Positions 12,171 to 34,690 of a stretch of 64,000 nt of DNA are shown in pieces. A program made the translations under genes and the position numbers. Every line of letters begins with the position of its first letter. The first letter of the stretch is position 1. The notes beneath the pieces were generated by a model that worked only from the letters and a program-made list of their open reading frames with translations, was not told where the DNA came from and did no database searches. Source of the stretch: the human T2T-CHM13v2.0 reference genome, Homo sapiens; assembly GCF_009914755.1 (NCBI RefSeq), contig NC_060925.1; one strand, given 5' to 3'.

Positions 12171-13286
12171 TTAGACTTAATTTACGAGTATATATATATA
12201 TATATGTGAAAGTTACGGGTGCAACTTTATACCATAACTTTCTTCACATCTCTCTTCCCCACTTCTGGTTTCTTTTTGCCTTTTCAAGTAAATGATTTTA
12301 AAATGGCTTCCAAATTACACAAAATTATTTTTTATAAAATGCAATTTACAGAATTATATATTAATTAGAATTTTTATTTCTAGTAATCTTAAATTTTAGT
12401 GAAAATGGGAAGCAAGAAATCTGAACTGTATGTCAGATGTTAGCATTTTATAGATAAAATTATTTCACTATTTCAGAACCATGTTTTCTCATATAATAAT
12501 TATTTACATTGGAAATGACCCAGACATTCAATAAGCATTTGTTATTTAATTTAAAATAATGTTAAGATTTTACATTACACAAAAAGTCCACTTATAGGTA
12601 TTTATCTCATGTATATGTATTTAATTAATTTATTTTTTAACAATTTAGATTACTCTTGAAAACCAAGGTATTATATAAAGTTAGTCATTATTTAAAGTTA
12701 TTTCCCTAATAACCACAGAGGTCAATATAAAATTTATTTAGACAGAAATGTATGCTGATGACTCTAAAGACATTTTTATTATTTTACTAATAATTTTTGA
12801 AGCCAGTTTTATTTGTCAAAGATTCACATGAACTTGAAAACCATTTAGACTTAATTTGTGAGTACTTGTTTACTTATATGCCAATTTGGTAGCAAGATAG
12901 GTGAAACGAAAAGCTGGTTCTTTGAAAAGATAAATGAAATTGATAGACCACCAGTGAGACTAACCAAAAAAAGAAAAGAGGGGATCTAAATCAGCTCAAT
13001 TAGAACAAAACAGGAGATATCACAACCGACACCACAGAAATACAAAAGACCATTCAAGGCTACTATGAACATCTTTACATGCATAAACTAGAAAACCTAG
13101 AGGAGATAAATAAATTCCTGGAAATATACAACCCTCCTAGATTAAACCAGAAAGAAAGAAAATATTTGAACAGACCAATAACAAGCAGAGAGATTGAAAT
13201 GGTAAATTTTTTAAAAAGTTGCCAATAAAAAGAAGTCCAGGACCAGACAAACTCACAGCTAAATGCTATCAGACATTAAAAGAAGA

Positions 13287-13597
<311 letters not shown>

Positions 13598-14895
13598 TTA
13601 TTGACACTATTACAAAAAGTAGAGAAAGACGGAATCCTCCCTAAATCATTCTATGAATCCAGTATCACCCTAATACCAAAACCAGTAAAGGATGTAACCG
13701 AAAAAGAAAACTACAGACCAATATCCCTGATGAATATAAATGCAAAAATCCTCAACAAAATACTAGCTAAGCAAATCCAACAGCAAATCAAAAAGATAAT
13801 CCATCATGATCAAGTGGGTTCCATACCATGGATGCAGGGATGGTTTAACATATGTAAGTCGACTACCGAGCCAAGATGGCCGAATAGGAACAGCTCCGGT
13901 CTACAGCTCCCAGCGTGAGCGACACAGAAGACGGGTGATTTCTGCATTTCCATCTGAGGTACCGGGTTCATCTCACTAGGGAGTGCCAGACAGTGGGCGC
14001 AGGACAGTGGGTGCAGCGCACCATGCGTGAGCCGAAGCAGGGCGAGGCATTGCCTCACTCGGGAAGCACAAGGGATCAGGGAGTTCCCTTTCCTGGTCAA
14101 GGAAAGGGATGACAGACGGCACCTGGAAAATCGGGCCACTCCCACCCGAATACTGCGCTTTTCTGACAGGCTTAGGAAATGGTGCACCAGGAGATTATAT
14201 CCCGCACCTGGCTCAGAGGGTCCTACGCCCACAGAGTCTCACTGATTGCTAGCACAGCAGTCTGAGATCAAACTGCAAGGTGGCAGCAAGGCTGGGGGAG
14301 GGGCGCCCACCATTGCCCAGGCTTGCTTAGATAAAGAAAGCAGCCGGAAGCTCGAACTGTGTGGAGCCCACCACAGCTCAAGGAGGCCTGCCTGCCTCTG
14401 TAGGCTCCACCTCTGGGGGCAGGGCACAGACAAACAAAAAGACAGCAGTAACCTCTGCAGGCTTAAATGTCCCTGTCTGACAGCTTTGAGGAGAGCAGTG
14501 GTTCTCCCAGCACACAGCTGGAGATCTGAGAACGGGCAGACTGCCTCCTCAAGTGGGTCCCTGACCCCTGACCCTTGAGCAGCCTAACTGGGAGGCACCC
14601 CTCAGTGGGGGCAGACTGACACCTCACACGGCCGGGTACTCCTCTGAGACAAAACTTCCCGAGGAACGATCAGACAGCAGCATTCACGGATCACGAAAAT
14701 CCGCGGTTCTGCAGACACCGCTGCTGATACCCAGGCAAACAGGGTCTGGAGTGGACCTCTAGCAAACTCCAACAGACCTGCAGCTGAGGGTCCTGTCTGT
14801 TAGAAGGAAAACTAACAAACAGAAAGGAAATCCACACCAAAAACCCATCTGTACATCACCATCATCAAAGACCAAAAGTAGATAAAACCACAAAG

Positions 14896-15911
14896 ATGGG
14901 GAAAAAACAGAGCAGAAAAACTGGAAACTCTAAAAAGCAGAGCACCTCTCCTCCTCCAAAGGAACGCAGTTCCTCACCAGCAATGGAACAAAGCTGGACG
15001 GAGAATGACTTTGACGAGTTGAGAGAAGAAGGCTTCAGACAATCAAATTACTCCGAGCTACAGGAGGAAATTCAAACCAAAGGCAAAGAAGTTGAAAACT
15101 TTGAAAAAAATTTAGACAAATGTATAACTAGAATAACCAATACAGAGAAGTCCTTAAAGGAGCTGATGGAGCTGAAAGCCAAGGCTTGAGAACTACGTGA
15201 AGAATGCAGAAGCCTCAGGAGCCGATGCGATCAACTGGGAGAAAGGATATCAGTGATGGAAGATGAAATGAATGAAATGAAGTGAGAAAGGAAGTTTAGA
15301 GAAAAAAGAATAAAAAGAAATGAACAAAGCCTCCAAGAAATATGGGACTATGTGAAAAGACCAAATCTACGTCTGATTAGTGTACCTGAAAGTGACGGGG
15401 AGAATGGAACCAAGTTGGAAAACACTATGCAGGTTATTATCCAGGAGAACTTCCCCAATCTAGCAAAGCAGGCCAACATTCAGATTCAGGAAATACAGAG
15501 AATGCCACAAAGATACTCCTCGAGAAGAGCAACTCCAAGACACATAATTGTCAGATTCACCAAAGTTGTAATGCAGGAAAAAATGTTAAGGGCAGCCAGA
15601 GAGAAAGGTCGGGTTACCCACAAAGGGAAGCCCATCAGACTAACAGCAGATCTCTCGGCAGAAACTCTACAAGCCAGAAGAGAGTGGGGGCCAATATACA
15701 ACTTCTTAAAAAAAAGAATTTTCAACCCAGAATTTCATATCCAGCCAAACTAAGCTTCATAAGTGAAGGAGAAATAAAATACTTTACAGACAAGCAAATG
15801 CTGAGAGATTTTGTCACCACCAGGCCTGTCCTAAAAGAGCTCCTGAAGGAAGCACTAAACAAGGAAAGGCACAAACGGTACCAGCCACTGCAAAATCATG
15901 CGAAAATGTAA
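14896..15911 (+). pseudogene. L1 ORF1, disrupted
   Basis: MGKKQSRKTGNSK...NHAKM; TGA at 15187-15189, a further stop, and a frameshift near 15710. Confidence 0.92.
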
Positions 15912-15959
15912 AGACCATCGAGATTAGGAAGAAACTGCATCAACTAACAAGCAAAATAA

Positions 15960-19801
<3,842 letters not shown>

Positions 19802-22351
19802 ACAATGAGAACACATGGACACAGGAAGGGGAACATCACACTCTGGGGACTGTTGTGGGGTGGGGGGAGGGGGGAGGGATAGCATTAGGAGATATACCTA
19901 ATGCTAAATGACGAGTTAATGGGTGCAGCACACCAGCATGGCACATGTGTACATATGTAACTAACCTGCACATTGTGCACATGTGCCCTAAAACTTAAAG
20001 TATAATAATAATTTAAAAAAAAAGAAAATGCAAACTAATCTACACTGACAAAAAAAAGTAAGTCAATAAATGTGATATACCACATAAACAGAATTAAAAA
20101 CAAAAATCACATAATCATATCAAGAGATGCAGAAAAAGCATTTGACAAAATCCAGCATCCCTTTATGATTAATACCCTCAGGAAAATCTACATAGAAGGG
20201 GCATACCTTAAGGTTAGAAAAGCCATCTATGACAAACCCACAGACAACATTATACTGAATAGGGAAAAGTTGAAAGCATTCCCCATGAGAACTACCACAA
20301 GAGAAGGATGCTCACTCTCACCACATCTATTCAACTTAGTACTAGATATCCTAGCCAGAGGAATCAGACAAGAGAAATAAATAAAGGGCATCCAAATTGG
20401 TAAAGAAGAAGTAAACCTGTTGCTGTTTGTGGATGGTATGATTGTATACCCAGAAAGCCATATAGACTCATGCAAAAAGCTCCTAGAACTGGTAAATGAA
20501 TTCAGCAAAGTTTCAGGATACAAAATGTACACAAATCATTAGCTCTGCTATACACCAACAGTGACCAAGCTGAGAATCAAATCAAGAACTCAATCCCTTT
20601 CACAATAGCTACAAAAAAATTAAATACTTAGGAATATACCTAACCAAGGACATGAAAGACCTCTACAAGGAAAACTACAAAACATTGCTGAAAGAAATCA
20701 TAGATGACACAAACAAATGGAAACACATCCCATGCTCATGGATGGGTAGAATCAATGTTGTGAAAATGACCATACTGCCAAAAGCAATCCACAATTTCAA
20801 CACAATTCTCATCAAAACGCCACCATCATTCTTCACAGAACTAGAAAAAACAATCCTAAAATTCATATAGGACCAAAAAAGAGCCCACATAGCCAAAGCA
20901 AGACTAAGCAAAAAGAACAAATCTGAAGGCATCACTTTACCCAACTTCAAACTATACTGTAAGGACATAGTCACCAAAACAACATGGTACTGGTATAAAA
21001 AATAAGCATATAGGCCAATGGAACAGAATAAAGAACCAAGAAATAAAGCCAAATATTTACAACCAACTGATCTTTGACAAAGCAAACAAAAACATAAAGT
21101 GGGGAAAGGACACCTTATCCAACAAATAGTGCTGGGATAATTGACAAGCCACATATAGAAGAATGAGACTAGATCCTCATCTCTCATCTTATACAAAAAT
21201 CAACTCAAGATGGATCAAGGACTTACATCTAAGACCTGAAACCATAAAGATTCTAGAAGATAACATCAGAAAAACCCTTCTAGACATTGGCTTAGGCAAA
21301 GACTTCATGACCAAGAACCCAAAAGCAAATGCAACAAAAACAACGATAAATAGATGGGACTTAATTAAACTAAAAAGCTTCTGCACAGACAAAGAAATAA
21401 TCAGCAGCGTTAATGACAACCCACAGAGTGGGAGAAAATTTTCACAATCTATACATCCGACTAAGGACTAATATCCAGAATCTGCAATGAACTCAAACAA
21501 ATCAGCAAGGAAACCACAAACAATTCCATCAAAAAGTGGGCTAAGGACACAAATAGACAATTCCCAACAGAAGATATACAAATGGCCAACAAACGTATCA
21601 AAAAATGCTCAACATCGCTAATGATCAGGGAAATGCAAATCAAAACCACAAGGCAACACCACTTTACTCCTGCAAGAATGGCCATAATCAAAAAATTAAA
21701 AACTAATAGATGTTGATGGAGATGCGCTGAACAGGGAAGACTTCTACACTGCTGGTGGGGATGTAAACTAGTACAACCACTATGGAAAACAGTGTGGAGA
21801 TTCCTTAAAGAGCTAAAAGTACAACTACCACCTGATCCAGCAATCCCACTACTTTCCCAGAGGAAAGGAAGTTATTTATTATTTATTATTATACAAAAAA
21901 GATTATTATTATTTGTTATGCAAAAAAGATACTTGCAGACATATGTTTATAACAGCACAATTTACAATTGCAAAAATGTGGAACCAACCAAAATGCGCAT
22001 CAACCAACAAGTGCATAAATAACCTGATAAATACATATATGATGGAATACTACTCAGCCTTAAAGCAAATAAATTAATAGCATTTGCAGCGACCTGAATG
22101 AGATTAGAGACTATTATTCTAAGTGAAGTAACTCAGGTATGGAAAACCAAACATTGTATGTTCTCACTCATAAGTGGGGGCTAAGCTATGAGAATGCAAA
22201 GGCATGGGAATGACACAGTGGACTTTGGGGACTCAGGGAAAGGGTGGAAAGGGGTGAGGGATAAAAGACTACAAATTGGATGCAGTGTGCACTGCTCAGG
22301 TGACAGGTGCGCCAAAATCTCACAAATCACCACTAAAGAATGTACTCATGT

Positions 22352-22652
<301 letters not shown>

Positions 22653-22710
22653 AAAGAATGTACTCATGTAACCAAATACCACCTGTTCCCCAATAACCCA
22701 TGGAAATCAA

Positions 22711-22715
<5 letters not shown>

Positions 22716-22761
<46 letters not shown>

Positions 22762-22791
22762 TATATATATACATATATATATATACATATA
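22716..22791. repeat. (TA)n microsatellite at the L1PB tail
   Basis: Direct inspection. Confidence 0.95.
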
Positions 22792-22799
22792 ATAGGTAA

Positions 22800-26518
<3,719 letters not shown>

Positions 26519-27208
26519 TAAAGTAAAATAGCTGATTGTTTAGGAAAGAGAAACGTAAGACAAGTCAGAAAGTCTAAGCATGCGGCAACCTATGTAAGTT
26601 GTAATAAGGTTCATGAAGGAGAATTTACAAGAGGGATTCTGTATGTGATTAAGTTGACTATAATTAAAAGGGAATTATTTATAATAATCTCTCTAGCATT
26701 AGTCCCCTATGTTAAAACAAGGTTTTCTTAAGGTACTCATTTGCTCTTAATGAATTACAAGAATGTTTCTTTTTAACTTTATAATCTTTTTTTTAATTCC
26801 TCAGACTCATATCTCAGAACTTCAACTTTTGCTGTGTCTCACTGCTTTCAGCTTGTTCTCCCCTTGAGAAGGGTTAAAATGAAGGCCTAAAACTCTCCTT
26901 TACCTTTTCATCAGCTCCCGTAACTTTTTTCCTCCGGTTATAACTATTGTTGTGGCCTAATGCTAAAATGTTTTATCTTAAAGTTGCAGAGAAGCAATAT
27001 TTTCCTCCAGTTTAACTTGATTCTGTGCTCTGGGCTTTTCTTGATATGTCTAAATTTTGCAATGTGATCAGGACACTTGTCATACAGTTACTAAGAATTA
27101 TGTATTTCCTTGCTATACTCCTAGCCTTGAACACATTCTTCCTGATTAAATTGAAGCACTTTCTTTCATCAGGTTTAACTTCCAGGTTATCTAATGGGTT
27201 TCCCATAA

Positions 27209-27516
<308 letters not shown>

Positions 27517-27880
27517 TAAAAGGGTTAAGGTTTTTACATCCATTGTAACCTTCTATATTGCCTTTAACGTCTTCTGATGATCACTTTGGTTAAATGAGTA
27601 TTATTTTATGATGACCTGTGACTCGGTTTTAATCAAATCCTTTGAGTATTTTAACATCTTTGACAGATGTCTTTAAAACTGAATCTAGAATTGTGTCTGA
27701 CCTTTTGCCCAAAGCTATAAAAATTAATCACCGTAAGATTACAAAATCTTTTTGCAGCTTCCAGTCAGGTCACGGTCTCCAGCATCACTATCTCCAACCA
27801 CTTGAAAAGGTCCTTATCAGGTGCTATTAACTAATATTTGTGCTGTTAAATTATACAGCTTTGACTCGTAGGTGCACATA

Positions 27881-28062
27881 TCTTATCCAAAGAAGACATT
27901 GACTCCTGCCAGTATCTGACACCCCAACTCAAGTTAATCAGTCTTATGCAAAGAAGACATTGGCTCCTGCCAGTATCTGACGCCCCAACTCAAGTTAATC
28001 AGTCTTATGCAAAGAAGACATTGGCTCCTGCCAGTATCTGACGCCCCAACTCAAGTTAATCA
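27881..28062. repeat. 61-bp tandem repeat x3
   Basis: tcttatgcaaagaagacattggctcctgccagtatctgacgccccaactcaagttaatcag. Confidence 0.93.
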
Positions 28063-28387
28063 GAGCCTTGTCTCTGGACCCAATCAAAGGTGACAACCAA
28101 AGTAAACTGCTTTTATGAGACACAGGGACAGGCCAGCATTCAAAACCATTAGGATTCATTTAATAATGCTGCCTTTATCTAAAATAATATAATTTGTTCT
28201 ATGTCTTGATACTAAATAATTTAAATGTTTAATTACCTATAAGCTTCCTTTTCTGCCATTCTCAGAACTAGGCAGGGCTTATGACATTTTGATTTAAAAC
28301 TTTGCTAATTCTTTATGTTTTGTTTCACCTCTAAAAATCTAAAACTATTCAATCCCTCCAGGCCCAGGGACTGTTACAGAAGAGATG

Positions 28388-30750
28388 TGACACAGTTTGG
28401 CTCTGTGTCTTCACCCCAATCTCATTTCAAATTGTAATCCCCACAAGTCAGAGGAGGGGGCGGATGGGAGGTGACTGAATCATGGCGCAGATTTCCCCCT
28501 TGCTGTTCTCACCATAGTGAGTTCTCGTGATTATTTGTTTGTTCTAAAGTGTGTGGCACTTCCTTCTCTCTCTCTCTTTCTCTCTCTCTCCTGCCACCAT
28601 GTAAGATGTGTCTTGCTTCTCCTTCACTTTCCACTATGATTGTAAGTTTCCTGAGGACTCCCCACCCATGTGGAACTGTGAGACAATTAAACTCTTTTCT
28701 TTATAAATTACCCAGTCTCAGGTAGTTCATTATGGCAGTGTGAAAATGGACTGATTGAGAAAATTGATACCAGGAGAGTGGGGCACTGCTATAAAGATAA
28801 CTGAAAATGTGGAAATGACTTTGGAACTGGGTAATGGGCAGAAGTTAGAACAGTTTGGAAGGCACAGAAGAAGACAGGAAGATGTGGGAAAGTTTGAAAC
28901 TTCCTAGAAACTTGTTGAATGGTTGTGACCAAAATGCTGAAAGTGATATGAACAGTGAAGACCAGGCTGAGGAGGTCTCACATGGAGATGAGGAATTTAT
29001 TGGGAACCGGATTAAAGGTCACTCTTGCTATGCTTCAGCAAAGAGACCCATGGCATTTTGCCCCTGCCCTAGAGATCTGTGGAACTTTGAATCTGAGAGA
29101 GATGATTTAGGGTATCTGGCAGAAGAAATTTCTAAGTGGTAAAACATTCAAGACATGACCTGGATGTTCCTAATAGCATATAGTCATATGTGCTCACAAA
29201 GAAATGATCTGAAATTGGAACTTATGTTTAAAAGGAAGCAGAGCATAAAGGTTTGGAAAATTTGCAGCCTGGTCATGTGGTAGAAAAGAAACACCCATTT
29301 TCCAGGGAGGAATTCAAGCCCAAGCCAGCTGCAGAAATTTGCATAAGTAATAAGGAGCCAAATGTTAATAGCCAAGAAAATGAGGAAAATGTCTCCAGGG
29401 CATTTTGGAGATCTTCATGGCAGCCCCTCCCATCATAGGCCCAAGGCCTAGGAGGGAAAAAAGATTTTGTGGGCCAGGCCTAGGACCCAGCTGTTCTGTG
29501 TAGCCTCAGGACTTGATAGCCTGCATCCCAGCCACTCCAGCTCCATCCATGGCTAAAAGGGGTAAAAAATACAGCTTGGGCTGTGGCTTCAGAGGGTGTA
29601 AGCCCAAGCCTTGGTGGCTTCCATGGAGTGTTGGGCCTGTGGGTGCACAGAAGGTAAGAGTTGAGATTTGGGGATCTTCACCTACATTTCACAGGATGTA
29701 TGGAAATGCCTAGATGTCCAGAGAGAAGTCTGCTGCAGGGGTAAAACCCTCATGGAGAACCTCCACTAGGGCAGTGCAAAGGGAAAATGTGGAGTTGGAG
29801 CCTTCTTACAGAGTCCCCACTAGGGCATGCCTAGTGGAGCTGTGGGAAGGGGTGCACCATCCTGCAGAACCCATGGTCAATCCACTGACAGCTTGCACCA
29901 TGAACCTGGAAAAGCCACAGGCACTCAACACCAGCACATGAAAGCAGCCATGGGGGCTGTACCCTGTGGAGCCACAGAGGCAGATCTGCCCAATGCCTTG
30001 GGAGCCCACCCCTTGCTTCAGTGGGCCCTGGATGTGAGATGTGAAGTCAAAGGAGATCATTTTGGAGCTTTAAGATATAATGACTACTCTGCTGGGTTTT
30101 AGACTTCCGTGGGGCCTGTAGCCCCTTTGTTTTGGCCAATATCTCCCATTTAGAACAGGAATATTTACCCAATGCTTGTACTCCCATTGTATCTTGGAAG
30201 TAACTAATTTGCTTTTGATTTTACTGGGTCATAGGTGGAAGGGACTTGCCTTGTCTCAGATGAGACTTTGGACTTAGACTTTTGAGTTAATGCTGGAATA
30301 AGTTAAGACTTTGGGAGACTGTTGGAAAGGCCTGATTGTGCTTTGACGCATGAGAAGAACATGAAATTTGGAGGGGCAGGGGCAGAATGATATGGTTTGG
30401 TTCTGTATCCCCACCAAAATCTCATCACAAATTGTAATCTTCATGTGTCAGGGGAGGGGCCTGGTGGGAGGTAATTGAATCATGTGGTGGGGGGAGTGGG
30501 TACTTCCCTCTTGCTGTTCTCATAGTAGTGAGTGAGTTCTCATGAGATCTGGTTGTTTGAAAGTGTGTGGCACTTTCATTTCTCGCTCTCTCATGCCACC
30601 ATGTAAGACATGACACTTCACCTTCTGCCATGATTGTAAGTTTCCTGAGGCCTCCCCAGCCATGTGGAACTGTGAGTAATTAAACCTCCTTCCTTTCTAA
30701 ATTACCAATCTCAGGTATTTCTTTATAATAGTGTAAAAATGGACAATACA
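28388..30750 (+). mobile_element. Complete MaLR (MSTA-like): LTR 28388-28758, internal, LTR 30388-30750
   Basis: Two LTRs; polypurine tract ggaggggcaggggcagaa before the 3' LTR; near-TSD AGATG/AGGTG. Confidence 0.85.
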
Positions 30751-30819
30751 AGGTGGATTTGTGAGATTGCAAGGGCTGGGTTTGGAGGATAAGATCAATT
30801 CAGACCCTCCAAATCAAGC

Positions 30820-31964
30820 ATCTAGGGAACCCTGATGCAAGGGGTGGGCTCTCAAGGCATTCAGCAGGCTCTGTGGCTCTGCACGGTACAGCTCCTGTGA
30901 CTGCTTTCACAGCTGGTGTTGAGTGCTGCACCTTTTCCAGGAGCAAGGTGCAAGCTATCAGCGGATCTACCATTCTAGGTTCTGGAGGATGGTGGCCCTC
31001 TCGTCACAGCTCCACTAGGCAGTGCCACAGTAGGAACTCTGTGTGGGTGCTCCGACCCCACATTCCCTTCCACACTGCCCTAGGAGAGTTTCTCCATGAG
31101 GGCTGCAAATTTTCCATATCTTTACGCTTTGCTTCCCTTTGAAACATAAGTTTCCATTTCAGACCAATCTCTTTGTGAATGCATATAAGCATACACTTTG
31201 AGAAAGAGCCAGGTTACATATTGAACATTTTTGCTGCTTAGAAATTTGTTCTGGCGGATACCCTAAATCATCTCTCTCAGATTCAAAGTTCCGCAGATCC
31301 CTAGGGCAGGGGCAAAATGCCACCAGTCTCTTTGCTGAAGTATAGCAAGAGTGACCTTTACTCCAGTTCCCAATAAGTTCCTCATCTCCATGTAAAACTT
31401 CCTCATCCTGGTCTTCATTGTGCATATCACTTTCAGCATTTTGGTCACAGCCATTCAACAAGTTTCTAGGGAGTTCCAAACTTTTTATATCTTCTTGTCT
31501 TCTGAGTCCTCTACACTGTTCCAACCTCTGCCCATTACCCAGTTCCAAAGTTGCTCCCACATTTTCAGGTATCTTTACAGCAGTGCCCCACTGTCCTGGT
31601 ACCAATTTCTGTATTAGTCTGTTTTCACACTGCTGTAAAGACCACTTGAGACTGGTAATTTAGAAAGAAAAGAGGTTTAATTGACTCACAGTTTCACATT
31701 GCTGGGGAAGCCTCAGGAAACTTACAATCATGATGGAAGACAAAGGGGAAGCAAGGCATGTCCTACATGGTAGCAGCAGAGAGTGAAAAATGAGGGGAGA
31801 AACCATCAGCTCTCATGGGAACTCACTTGCTATCAGGAGAGCAGCATGGGGGAAACCACCCCCACAATCTAATCATTTCCCACCAGGCCCCACCTCTGAC
31901 ACGTAGAGATTACAATTCAAGATGAGATTTCAGTGTGGGCAGAGTCAAGAGCCGAATCATATCA
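30820..31964 (-). mobile_element. Second, partial MaLR (MST LTR 31610-31964 plus 5' internal) in opposite orientation
   Basis: Internal pseudo-ORF LPRNLLNGCDQNAESDM occurs on + at ~28900 and on - at ~31450. Confidence 0.85.
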
Positions 31965-32284
31965 GTAGCTAAGTCCATGGGTTGAGGCAAGAAAATTCAC
32001 AAAGGCTCTGAAATCACCTGTTGTCCTGGAAAGGAGAGATTTTTCAATCCAAATGTCAGGAACAACATAGAAAGGACAAAGGAACCGATCTACAGTGCCC
32101 ACTGGCCATGATGTGGCAATCTGAATATCAAAAATTTTCTTTTAGCAAGACTTTGAAAGATAGCATGTTAATAATGAGCTTAAAATAAAAAAAAGGTAAT
32201 ATTAAAATACTTAAAGCCAACTTGGGCAAGGGGTGAATATAATTAAATATGTTTTATTTTTATTGATTTTATCAAGTAGGGAAA

Positions 32285-32955
32285 TATGGTAGCCTGAATA
32301 ACCCTCCAAACATACCAGTTTCTAATCCCTGGAACTTGTGAATGGTACTTTATATGGCAAAGGCTTTACAGCATGATTAAGTTAAGAATTTTATGTTGGG
32401 GAGATTATTCTGGATCATGTTGATGGAACCTAAATGCCATCGCATGGATTCTTTTTTGTTGTTGTTGTTCTTTTTTTTTAGTATTATACTTTAAGTTTTA
32501 GGGTACATGTGCACAACGTGCAGGTTTGTTATATATGTATACATGTGCCATGTTGGTGTGCTGCACCCATTAACTCGTCATTAACATTAGGTATATCTGC
32601 TAATGCTATCCCTCCCCCCTCCCCCCAGCATGTATTCTTATAACAAAGAACCGGGGGGAGATTTGAGATACACGATGAGGAGAAGGCAGTGTAACCACAG
32701 AGACTGAGATTAGAGTGATGTGGCCGCAAAGCAAGGAACGCCAGCAACCACCAGAGGCTGGAAGAGGCAAGGGATGGATTCTTCCCAAGAGCATCCAGAG
32801 AAAGTGTGGCCCTGCTGACACTTGGATTTCAGCCCAGTGAAGCAGATTTCAGACTGCTGACCTCCAGGGCTGTGAAAGAATAAATGTATGTTGCTTCAAG
32901 CTACCAATAGCTTGTATGGTAATTTATTATAGCAGCCACAGGAAGCTAATTCAGG
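32285..32955 (+). mobile_element. MLT1 LTR
   Basis: cctaaatgccat...gtggccctgctgacacttggatttcagccc...aataaat. Confidence 0.75.
32454..32627 (-). mobile_element. ~175-bp 5'-truncated L1PA tail inside the MLT1
   Basis: L1PA 3' end; TSD GCATG(G/T)ATTCTT at 32442-32453 and 32628-32639. Confidence 0.88.
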
Positions 32956-33118
32956 AAGTATTAATACAAAATGGACGTTTTGTTACTAATACTGGTGTCT
33001 GTTTATAAAGTATGCAACTTTTTCTGTGTAAGTAAAAGGAAGGAGTAATAATATTAGGAGCTAATGCTAAATGTACCAAATAATAGCTGATAAAACAAGA
33101 ATGTGAGGACAGGAAGAG

Positions 33119-33395
<277 letters not shown>

Positions 33396-33513
33396 AGAAA
33401 CTCCAGAAAAAAAATAGAATGTGAAGAGTACAAGGGTTTAGGAGTATGTTCAACAGTGATGAATAAGCCAAGTCCTTATAAAAGGAGACACTACTAGCCA
33501 GACTCAACACTCC

Positions 33514-34201
33514 TGACAAAGATTCTCTACCCAGCCAAACTAGCCAGGCTTTTCTGAGCCCTCTTCTCAACGAGCCCTCAACCTTGACCCATAAAGACTT
33601 GAACAAAACAGTTACATCATTTCTAAGAGCTCAAGTCTACAACCCTAGGATAACCCCAGGCTTCCTTAAAGTCCTGTCTGAAAAAAAGCTAAGGCTGCCA
33701 AAATAATTTACTGTGTGTTCTAGCTGACCCTGTCTCCCAGCTTCTAGTGGGAAGCTAGGAGCCTAACTTCAATAAGCACCAGTTAACAAACCCAGGTGGG
33801 TTTCACATGGACTAACTCCTTCTTACTTCTTTTTGTAATTTTTCACTTCTCTACTCTATGGAACCCCTGCTCACTCCCCCTCCCTAGTCCTGTATTCTCC
33901 CTTTTAAATGGCCAGTCACACTTGTACAAAGAGAAGTCATGTTCAGCTCACACTTTACTCGTTCCCTGTTGCAATCATATGTTACTAGTTAAAATTTGTG
34001 CTGACCCTTGTACAGCCGTGTGAGCAGATGGTCCCAGATACTCAGGGGGCTAAGGTGGGAAGATCACTTGGCCTAAGAGTTCAAGATGAGCCCAGGAAAC
34101 ATGGCAATACACACTTCCCATCCCCATCTCTATACTAAACAAACAAACAAACAAATATGTTCTTACAACTTAACTAGTGTCCAGCTCTGTTTCTCTTTGA
34201 A
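33514..34201 (+). mobile_element. ERV1 LTR (MER67/MER31-like) with an Alu monomer fragment at ~34015-34155
   Basis: tgacaaagattctct...ctgagccctcttctcaac start. Confidence 0.55.
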
Positions 34202-34690
34202 ATCCCCACCCCGCCTGGGAATCGGATCTTCCAAGGCCCCAACTGATTATTACAGAATACTCAGGAGAGTTCCAGGGCACTTAACACTGCTAGAAGATCA
34301 GTTCTCCACATCATAAAGATCAGGCTTTGAGCTACACCATGCTGACCTAGTGAGATGCCAAATGAGGGAGAAACAATGCGTTATAATAAACAACAACAAA
34401 AAACACTATGAAAAACTAAAATCTTATTGAAGTGTCTGGTGGAGATTATTTACGAAAAGGGAGCAAAGGGGTAGCCACAAACTACCTGGAACCACACACC
34501 TATGTCAGGGTCCAACATGAACTCAGTGCTCAGTCACCCAGACCCCAGGGCCACGGCTGGAGGGTGCTGTTTCTACTTTAAAAGATCCATAAGATTTACA
34601 GAATTATAAAGAGTAAAGGGAGTAAAATTCCTGAGACCTGACAGGGGCAAACTCTAAGAAAAAGTGGGGCTAACAGGAAGACAAGAGAAG

